The position numbers and the translations under genes were made by a program. DNA of 58,600 nt from a virus (taxonomy: Duplodnaviria; Caudoviricetes): positions 1 through 58,600 of the IMG/VR virus record IMGVR_UViG_3300011114_000862. One strand, 5' to 3'. A model generated the notes under the pieces. The model worked only from the letters and a program-made list of their open reading frames with translations. It was not told where the DNA came from and searched no databases. Numbering within the stretch: position 1 is the stretch's first letter; every line of letters starts with the position of its first letter. Below, one piece after another: positions 5,918-17,900 of this stretch.

Positions 5918-8900
5918 ATGTCAGATATCCAAAAGGTAAAAATTTCAAATATTATTGAAAATCAGATACCAAGTTTTCTAAATGAAGATTCACCGTTGTT
6001 TAGAGAATTTCTAGAGCAATATTATATTTCATTGGAACATGAAACTGGCACATTTGATGTAATAACTAATCTTCCACAATATAAAAGTATTAGTAATTTT
6101 AATACTATAACTATTGGAGGGTCATTATTCATTAAAAGTACAAGTGCGACTTTAGATCCATCTACTCCAAATACTATAGTTGGAATTGATACATCTAAAC
6201 TTACACTGAATGATATTATAGAACCTATAGATTCTTACATACTTCCAAATACAGCTATATCTTCTATTGGGGATAATTCTATAGAAATTAGTAGGAATCA
6301 TTTAGTTTCTTCTGAAATTTCTACTATAGAGATTGGAGTAGTTACACAATACTGCAAATTAACTTCAAATGTTAGTGCTTTTGATACAGTTATAAATGTG
6401 AATACTACTGTAGGATTCCCCGATACCTATGGATTGCTTAAAATTGATGATGAAATAATTACCTATAAAGGAAAAACTGATACTTCTTTTACAGAATGTG
6501 TAAGAGGTTTTAGTGGAATATCAAATCTACAAAAAACATTATCTACAGAAGAACTTGAGTTCAACTCAACTTCTACCTCCGATCATTTACAAATTTCAAG
6601 TTCAACAAATCTTCCAAATCAAGTAATAAATTTAAATATAGAATTTTATCAAAAATTATTTGAAAAATTTAAATATCAATTTCTACCTGGATTTGAAAAT
6701 AGAGAATTTTATCCAGATTTAAATTTACAAAATATATTATCAAAAGCAAAAGACTTTTATATTTCAAAAGGAACTGATATTTCTTTTAAAATTTTATTCA
6801 ATATTCTTTTTGGTAAGCAAGTAACAGTAATAAAACCTCAAGATTATCTGTTTAGAACATCAGATAATTTATATTTCAAGACTAAAAATATTTTAGTCAA
6901 ACATATTGATGGAAATTTAGATTTATCTAAAATAAAAGGAAAAACTCTATATCAAGATATATCCACCACAGAAATTGCTAGTGGATCAATTTACAATATA
7001 GAAGTTAGACCTACAGATGATGGGCAGATTTATGAAATTTCATTAGATTACTCATCTACAATCTCTAATTTTAATGTAACTGGAACCACTTATATTTCAG
7101 AAAATGTCAGCACTAATTCAAATGTATTAACTGTAGATTCTACTGTTGGATTTTCTAAATCAGGAACAGTTTTAATTTATTCTGAGGATTTATCTTACAC
7201 AAAAACATTAACTTATACTGACAAAACTAATAATCAATTCTTAGGTGTATCTGGAATTGATATACCATTAAAGTATAATTATAAAGTTATATATAATGAT
7301 TTTGCATATTTGTATGATGATAATTCAGAAAAAGTAACATTCCAAATTATCACTGTAATTACTGATATTAATGTTTCTCCATCTTCAAATTTAAGAGTTG
7401 GTGATAAAGTATCACTTCTAGGAATTGGGAAAGATCTATCCGATATTAATGAATTCAATACTTGGATTTATAATATTCCTGTAACTCATAATATAAAAAA
7501 AGTTATTAAAATTGCACCAACAATCTGGGAAATTTCATTTTATGATGACATACAATTCTATTATGATGACAGTGTTATATTAACTAATCCAGATGATGTT
7601 AATGATACTGAAATAAAGTTGAATATATCTCCTAAAAATTTAAATACAATCTTAGTTTCCACTGGATTAGATATTTCCAGTAAAACATTGGTTAAAAAAG
7701 TTATCAGAAAGGGTTCAACTAATTATAATAAATTTTCAGAAATTAATTCATATACTGCAAATATTCAAAATGCGTATATTGATAATAGTTCGAATAATAT
7801 GTATGTAATGTCATCTGGAATTCCAGATTATGAAATACTAAGTCGTGAGAAATTAGTATATTTAACTACAGATGCATCTCCCACAGGACTAACTAATATA
7901 ATCAATACTGTTGATGAAAATGGAGTTGAATGTAGACATTATTTTTATAATGGTGAGCAAGTAAAATTCATTCCATCATCTAATTCTAAAATAGGTCTAT
8001 CTACCGGTACATATTACATTAAAATTATTGGAAGTTATCCAGACAGTAAGCAGATAAGTTTAACATATAGTCAATCACAACTATTTAATGAGAATTACAT
8101 AGATTTAATTTCTAGTACTGGAGTATCTTCTAGTGGATATATTGTAAAGAAAAATTATGAAAATAAAATATTAAAGCATCAGAAATTATTCAAAAAAATT
8201 AATTTAGTCAAAAATAATATAAACTATCAAAGTAAAACCGAAAGATCTATCAATAATAGAGAAGTTGGTATATTGGTTAATGGTATAGAATTATACTCTC
8301 CTACATTATATGATGAAAATATTTACTATGGAGCATTAGATTCAGTTTTTATATCAGATTCTGGTTCAAATTATGATGTAATCAACAAACCAAATGTAGA
8401 AATATTAGATTTAGATAAAAATTTAAATCCCATAGGATCTGGAGCAGATATTATTCTAAATGTATCTGGATCTATAGAACGAGTTGAAGTAACTACTCCC
8501 GGTTACAATTATGTTTTACCACCAGATATAACCTTAGTTGGAGGGAATGGATCTGGTGCAATATTAGAATCCAATTTAGTTTCGTCAAATGTAATTTCTG
8601 GATTTAGGGGTGATGCTGATGGCATTAATGTTAATGAAATAACTTTCATTGATAATCATAATTTCAATAATGGAGAAGAGGTAGTATATGATTCAAACTC
8701 AAATTCAAACATATCACCACTATCACATAATTCAAGATACTTTGTAGGTGTTATTTCGAATAAAGTAGTTCAATTATACAATAATAATAATGTTGGTATT
8801 AATACCATAAATTTTGTTGGATTTAGTTCTGGATTCCATTATTTCAAATCAGTTTTAAGTAGAAATACTGTTAGTGAAATTAAAGTTATATCTAAAGGTG

Positions 8901-11900
8901 TAGATTATGCAAATAAATCAGTAGTAGTTCCATCCATATTATCTTATAATAATGAAGATAATGGAATTAATACTTTTGATGATTATATTTTTGCAAAAAA
9001 TCATAATTTTAAAAGTGGAGATGATATTGTATATTCTACAACTGGAACTGCAATTGTTGGTTTAGCAACAACCACAACTTATATTTCAACAGTATTGGAC
9101 AATGACAGATTTAAGTTATCTGAAGTAGGAATAGGAATAACTTATAAATCTAATTATGAAAATAAAAAATATGTAAAGTTACAAACTCTAGGTACTGAAG
9201 AACATACCTTTGCATATCCACCTATCCAATTGTTAATCAATAATATCTCCAAATCTGGAACATATATTGAACCAGTTTTAAATCCAGTAGTATTAGGACA
9301 ACTTGATAGTGTTTTTATAAAAAATGTAGGAAGTAAGTATGGAACTCCAGATATTATAAATTTCCATAGACGACCTGATATTATCATATCTAATGTTAAA
9401 TCTGAATGTATATTGAAGCCTGTAATTTCAAATGGAGAAATTATCGATGTTCATATTCTAAATTCTGGAGTGGGGTATGACAGTACTGTAGATATTACAG
9501 TTATCGGAGATGGATTATTTGCAGATATTCGTGCAACTATAATATCTGGAAGAGTTGATTCCATTGATATTAAAAATGGTGGAGTTGGTTATATACAATC
9601 AACTACACAGTTACGTGTTTCCAACAGAGGAGTTGGTGGAAAATTAATTGCAAATGTTAAGAATTGGCAATTGAATCAAATAGAAAAAAATAAAGGATTT
9701 ATAAATTCAGATGATGATGGATACCTAATTCCAAATATAAATGAAGACTATGGATTGAAATATATTCATTTTTACTTACCGAAAGTACTTCGTAAAAAAA
9801 TAAATGATAATATTGATTTAAATGGAGTTGAAAATCCAACCAATGCATCACCTATAGTTGGATGGGCATATGATGGTTCCCCAATCTATGGTCCATATAT
9901 TAAAGAAAATGGCATTGTACGCAAAATTGAATCCAGTTACAATTTAATTCCTACATTAGTATCTACAGATTTGCGTCCAAATTTCTATAATGGATTTTTC
10001 ATTCAAGATTATCAATATTTTGAAAATAATGGAGATTTGGATAGAAATAATGGAAAATTTATTGTTAATTCAGATTTCCCAAATGGAACTTATGCCTATT
10101 TCTGTACTCTAGATACTAATACAAATGTTCCAAAATATCCATATATCGTAGGAAAATATTTTAAAAATGATGTAGAGTTAGATAACTATAACCCGATTAT
10201 AAATCAAGATGATAGTTTAAACGTAATAGATATTTTAACAAGAAATATTTCACCATATTATGCAAATTCTAATACTTCAAATTATAATCCAATTAAACCA
10301 ATCTATAAAAAGTATAGTCAAGAATTTACAGTTAAAGAAACATTAAAATCTGGAATTGATAATATATCAATTTATATTTCTGGAGATAATTATAAAGTAG
10401 GAGATACTTTAGAATTTGACCATTCAACCAGTGGGGGTCAAGATGCTTCAGCATCAATCTCTAGAATTTCTGGGGTGGGGATGTCTTCCTTTAATATTGG
10501 TATTACTACAATATCACCCATAAAATTCTCAAATTCTGGAAATAATATAACTGCAATATCAACTTCACCTCATAATTTACAAAATGGTAGAATAGTTAAT
10601 ATAACTGGAATATCATCGTTCAATTTTTCATATTTAGAAGGATTTAAATTTATTTTTGTCCCCTCAGCAAAAACTGGAATAACCTCACATATATTACCAC
10701 CAACACTTCCAGTTGGAATAGCAACATTTATACCAGTAACTTCTACAGTTGGATTTGTAGTTGGTGATTTTATAGGTATTACTACTTCAAATAATACTCA
10801 AGAAATTGCTCAAATAACCAATGTCTCTATACCAGAATCTAGATTATATGTAGAACGATTATCTAATATTCATAGTGGTATATGTACTGTAGGAGTTACT
10901 ACAATTACATTATTACCTAGAAGTTTTGTTTTTGCAGAACGAGTAACTTCTCCTATTAAAATTAATAAAGAATTCCCATTACATTTTGATCCAAATTACC
11001 ACATTGCATATGGAAATTCACCTAAAAATTACAATCTTCCAGTAACAAATCCAGTAGTAAATGTAAGTATTCCCCAACAAGCAATATACATCCCAAATCA
11101 CAATTTGAATACTGGAGATTCAATATTATATGGAATAGGTCCTGCTAAAGTTGGGATTGGATTATCTGCATCTGCAACATATGGAGGAACACCATTTAAT
11201 CTGACTGATAATCAATTAGTATATGCAGTAAAACTAGATAAAGATTTTCTAGGAATATCTACACAAGGACCAGTAGGAATTACTACGTTATTCTTTATTG
11301 ATAAACCCAATTATGGTTACCATAGTATAACTAAAGTATCACCAAATGTAGTTGGAGTTGTAGAAAATTATGCAATAAATGTAGGTACTACCAAATCGCA
11401 CGGATTGGAAACTGGTGATAAGGTTAGATTTAATCTCAATTTTAATGAAACTCAAAATATAAAATTTAAATATGATTCCATTAATAGGAAAATAACTTCA
11501 GATGAAACAAGTCTCAATTCTAGTCAGGTAAATGTAGGAGTAAATACTTATTCTACAATTTATATTCCAGAACATCCATTTAATGATGGAGATAAAATAG
11601 TATATAATGTTGGTATTGGATCAACTGTTGGAGGATTGATTAATAGTCAATCATATTATGTTTTGACTAATCAAATAGATTATATAAGGTTGTGTCAGTA
11701 TTACTCTGATGTGAAAGTAGGTACTTCTATAAGTTTCACCTCCCAAGGTACTAACGATCATACATTATCTAAAATAAATCCACAAATTAATTCGGTAGAT
11801 AATAATAATATTGAATTCGATTTATCTGATACGAGTCTAGTAGATTCCGAGTTGATAATTTATAAAGATATTAATTTTGAAAATGAGTTGGAAACTTATA

Positions 11901-14900
11901 AATTACAATCATCCAGTGCTCCTGCAGGAACAACTGGATCCACATTAACCATATTAATTGATGAAACTACACCTAAAACTTTATATTACAATCTAGTGAG
12001 TACTTCTCCAAGTTCTCTTAAAATTCAAATATCATCAGATATAGATGTAATCCATAGGAACCAAATAAATATTTCAAAGAGTAATTTAGTTGAAGACTTT
12101 CCAATAATATCAACTGGAACAACAGCATTTGAGATAAATTTACATAAAAAACCCAATTTCCATACATTAAGTATATCTGGATTATCTACTGTTAAGTATG
12201 ATACAGATTCACTTAATGTATTAGGACCAATCTCCGAATTTAAAATTTCAAATAGTGGTAAAAATTATTTTAAAGTGCCTAGAATTTCTAAAATTAATTC
12301 TAGACTGGGAACTGGATCTATACTTAGAGCAAAATCATCAACTATTGGAAAAATAAAAACTTTAGATATAACTAAAAATGGATATGATTACCCATCAGAT
12401 ATTACATTAAAACCTCAGTTCAATGTACCCATATTATGTGAAATAAATGACATTTTTAGAGTTAATAATATTGAAATTGTTACAGGTGGATCTGGATATA
12501 ATGTTGCCCCAATATTAAAAGTTATTGGTAATGATACCATCAAGTTATCTGCTAAACTTACAGGTGGGGTAGTATCTCAGGTAATTGTAGATCAAAATAC
12601 TAATGATTTAAACCAACCTTTAGAAATTGTAACTTTAAAAAATTCAAATGGATATGATATCGATTCTATTACTGTATCTGGGAATATAGTTACATTAGAA
12701 TTAATCAATTCAGATCCAAGATTATTCCCATTAAGTGGTACATTTCCATTTAATCTTGGAGATGAAATTTTTGTTGAGAATTGTAGAATTTCACCATTGT
12801 CAGTAACAACAGCAGGCGTTACTACATTATATGATAATTATAATTCTAAAGATTATGGGTATATATTCTATACCGTTATTGCAGTCGATTCAGTAAGTTG
12901 TACTGTATCTTACAGTATGTCTGGGGTAAAATCTGGACTCAATTTGGGAACTTATTCAAATGTAAGTGGATATGGAAATGTAATAAACAAAAAAAATATA
13001 GCACAATTTAAAATGAATATAATTGATGATCTCAATTATATTTCAAATGAGAAGGTAACTACTCCAACATTCTCTGCAAATGTTATGGAGAATGGATGGG
13101 ATAATGATACTAACCAACTGAGATTATATAATACTAAAGGTGAATTGGTAGTTGGGGATAATTTACTAGGTGAATTGTCTAGATTGAATGGAGTGATAGT
13201 TAATACCACTACATTTGATTTACATGGTTCTATTGGAAGCAGTACCAATAAAATTTCGTATCTAGATGACAATACGGGATTTTTAAACGATGATCGACAA
13301 GTTCTATCTGATAATGACTATTATCAGAAATTCTCATATTCACTACAAAGTTCAGTATCCTACACAGAATGGAGAGAATCTATACATTCATTAGTTCATC
13401 CTTCAGGGTTTAAGTCTTTCTCAAATCTAGAAATATTTGAGAAATCTCAATCTATGAGTCCAAAATTAAGTCAAAATACCAGAGGAATCTTGATTAATAT
13501 TGATAATTTATCATCTATGTACAATAGATATAATTTTTCTATGGTCACTGAAGATGAATTGCTACCAGATGGTTCCATAGAAAGAATAGTATTTCCAGAT
13601 GCAGTAAGTTTAAAACCATATATTCTAAACCAAACTAATAAAGTTATATCAATTGATGATATAAGTGATAATTTTAATGGAAATAATAATTTAATAGTTA
13701 TTGCAAATTTAATAGCATCTTTTGATTCTAATGATTTAAATATAATTGGAATTTCTACTATTGGATTACAAATAAATGATCATTTAGATTTTTCACCATA
13801 CTTATCTCCAACTGATACTTATATCACTAATATAGGAGTATCTAATGTTGGAATTAATATTCCACATAAAGTTAAAACTGGAATTCAAACTTCATCAGTT
13901 ATTGTTAGAAGAAAAATTAATAATAGTCAAACTGTTGGTATTTCGTCTTTCAAATTAACAAATAATGGGACTTCACTATTCTATCATGAATTTGATTCAA
14001 CTGGAATTTCATCAGTAGTAAATTTAATTGATAACAAATTTACAATTACAAATCACAATTTCCAAACTGGTCAAAAAATCATATATGATGTTGGAACTGG
14101 AACTTCTATAGGAATTGAAACTTCATCTACATTACTTTTTGGTGATGTTTTAATGCAAGTTGGAGTAAGTACGGGTACTGCAATTTATGAAAATGGGTAT
14201 AATTCAGCAATAAGTTCCCAAATTACTGGAATATCTACAAATACCATCGGATCTCCAACATTAAGTTATGGATTAATTTCACCATACTTAGATGGAATTT
14301 CATCTGGAATAGGAACTGGTGCTAAATTTAGTGTTATTATTATATACAATTCAGGAAATCCAATATCAACATCAATAGTTTTGAGAGAAGGTGGATCTGG
14401 GTATTCAATTGGAGATACAGTTTCAATTGCAGGTACTTATTTGGGAGGATCATCTCCTACAAATGATCTATCATTTGTAGTTACTATTGTAGCAGGAACA
14501 CAAATTATTAGTGGAGTAAATTCATCTTATACTAATATTCCAGGTTATAATTTAATAGGAAGTGGAAGTAATGCTACATTCAATGTCTCTAGAAATTCTG
14601 TTGGTATTGCTACAACAATTGCAGTAAATGTTGGGGGTAAGTATTATACATTATCTGATGTAATTGGAATTTCTGGAACTTATATTGGTGGAACTAATCC
14701 CACAGATAATCTATATTTCTCACCAACAGATTTAGGTTCTGACATATTACCACCAACTTTATATGTCAATAAAATTGATTCAAATAATTTTAGAGTTTTG
14801 GCAAATGCTGGTGGATCTGAGCTCAATTTAACTTCATATGGAATAGGAACTCATTCATTTGTAGAAGAAATACCAAATACAAATACCACAATATTAATTG

Positions 14901-17900
14901 ATAATATTATTCAGAGTCCAATTTATAATCGCAATCTTACATATACACTTTCAAGTAATGTTGGAATTGGAAGTACTGTAATTTATTTAAATTCAGGAAT
15001 ATCATCATTATCATCTATAGATTTACTAAAGATAGACTCTGAGATATTTAAAATTGAATCTTTAGGTATAGGTGCATCCAATGCAGTAGGGGTCTATAGA
15101 GCATCCTTAGGTACGGTAGAAACCTCACATACCACATCAACTACCGTCAATGTACTTAGGGGGGATTACAATGTCATCAAGGACATTATACACTTCAATT
15201 CACCACCATATGGTGGAATATCATATGGTGAGATATCAAAATTATCTGGAAATGTAGTCACATCTCAACCTCTATATGTAAAATCATCTTTCCAAGGTAG
15301 AGTGTATTCTAGAAGTTTCTCATATAACACTACACTAAACGATAAAAATATTATTCTTGATGATATTTCTACTCAATTTACAGGTGAAAATACTATAGTT
15401 GGAGTATATACTGGAACATTAGATTCAACCATATTAAAATCTATAACTGGAATTATTACAACAGGAATTAATATTGGAGATGTAATAACTGAAAAAGCAT
15501 CTTACATATTACCTAGTACATATATAACTTCCATTGGAATTGGTAGTATTACTATAAATAAATCACATTTAATTTCATCGGGAATCTCAACAACAGATTT
15601 GGATATTACTAGATCTACATATAAATTAACTACTAGTAGTTCCAATGTAATCGGAATTTATACCAATACAAATTCCTCAGTAGATATTAACAATAATCCA
15701 GTAGTATTAATTAACAATATATACCAAATTCCTGGTAAAGATTATATAATTGACACTCCAAATCAAAATACAATTAAATTTATTAGTGGTACTCCAAATT
15801 CAGGTAAAATAGTAAGAGTTGGTATTCAAACTGGAGTTGGATATCAATTGTTGGTTGGTGCAGCAGCAACAGTATCAGTATCCATTGCTGGAACTATTTC
15901 ACAGATATCCCTAAATGGATTTGGTTCTGGATATAGGATTGCTCCAAATATAACCTTAAATTCTTCTGTTGGTAGTGGTGCAAGTTTCACATCTACAATT
16001 GGTTTAGGTGGAACTATAACATCTATAGGAATTATCAATCCTGGTATAGGATATACAGATTCACCTCTCCCAAGTGTAATTATTGATCCACCATTACCAT
16101 ATAACAGACTCAATTTAGACTATATTTCTGGAATTTCTACTGGAAGTGGAACTGGAGCAAAAGTTTCAGTGCAAATCAGTTCAAATTCTGAGATTTCACA
16201 ATTTAATATAGATTCAAATGGAATTGGATATAAAGTTGGAGATTTATTGGATGTAGTTGGTATTGCAACTGATCCAACATCAACATCATTTACACCATTT
16301 AGAATTAATGTCCTAGAGGTATTAAATGATAAATTTAGTGCATATTATCCAGGACAATTTGTACTTTTTGATGATATTTCCTCACTTTTCAATGGAGTTA
16401 GGAAGAAATTCCGTATATTTGAAACTCAAAATGGAGTTACTAGTGTAGTTTCACTCAAATCAGATGTGGGATCTGACTTAGATTTACAGAATAATTTATT
16501 TATTTTCATTAATGATGTATTACAAACTCCAAATGAAGCATATACATTTAATACTTCTAGAATTACATTTACAGAGGCACCCAAATCAAATTCCAAATGT
16601 AGTATTCTATACTATAGGGGATCAAGTTTAGATGTTAATGAGGTTATTCCTCCTAGTACTATAAAAGAAGGTGACGAAGTTCAAATTGATGAAAATATTA
16701 ATGATTTATACGATAGATCTCAATTTGATAGAACTGTTAAGCAAATTATATCCTCAGATAGTTTAGATACTTTTAATTATACTGGATTTGGTATAGATGC
16801 AGATCCAACAAAATATAGACCATTACATTGGAAAAAACAGACTTATGATAAAATTATCAATGGTGTATTATATTCCAAATCTAGACCAGATTTACATTCT
16901 AGACCTACACCAATATCAACAATAATAAAAGATATTATTGAAACTGATGATGAGATTTATGTTGATAATGCATTCCCACTATTTACCAATATCGATAATA
17001 TATCAGAAGAAAATAATGATGTCGTAATATCGGAAGATATTGATAAAACTCCTGCTTCTGCAATAATAACAATCAGTCCAACATCAACTTCAATATCAAG
17101 TATATCCATATTAAACTCAGGTTCGGGATATATAAATACTCCCTCAATTTCAATTTCTTCTAGTAAAATTTCAACAAAGGATCCAATTTATAATTGGATT
17201 AGTATCTCCGGCATTTCAACATATCAAAATGTGAAATCATTATCATATAATACTCAATTAGTTTCAGTTGGAACTAGTTGTTTCGTTGCAGTTAGTGCAG
17301 ATGGTACATATTGGATTCCAAAACTTACTCCATATGCAACTTCTATTGATTTTAATGATGTAACCCATGATGGATTAGGTAATTTTATAATTTGTGGAAC
17401 TTCCGCAAATATTGTTAGAAATTATGGAACTTCAAATATATACACTTGGTATAAATTTGATCTAAAATCATCAACATTAGATCCACTTGGAAATAAAGTT
17501 CTAGGTATTAGTACTTATTCTGGCAATTTCAATGGAATAACATATTTCAAATTAAATAAAAGTTTAATTGCTGTCGGGTCCAGTGGAGGTCTATTCTCAT
17601 CTGTTGGGGTAGGGTTAACATACTTTACAGAAACCTATAATCCATTGGGGACATCTATAACATTAAATTCAGTAACTAATAATACTACCACTATTGTTGC
17701 AGTTGGAAATAGTGGTTCAATAATATATTCAACAAATTCTGAAAACTGGACTGAAGTATTATCAGTTCCAACAACTAATAATTTAAATAAAGTTATTTGG
17801 GATGGTAATAGATTTATTGCTGTTGGTGATAGTGGTACAATTATCAGTTCCAATGATGGAATTTCAGGATGGTCTAATATTACGAGTGGATTAGTAGTTA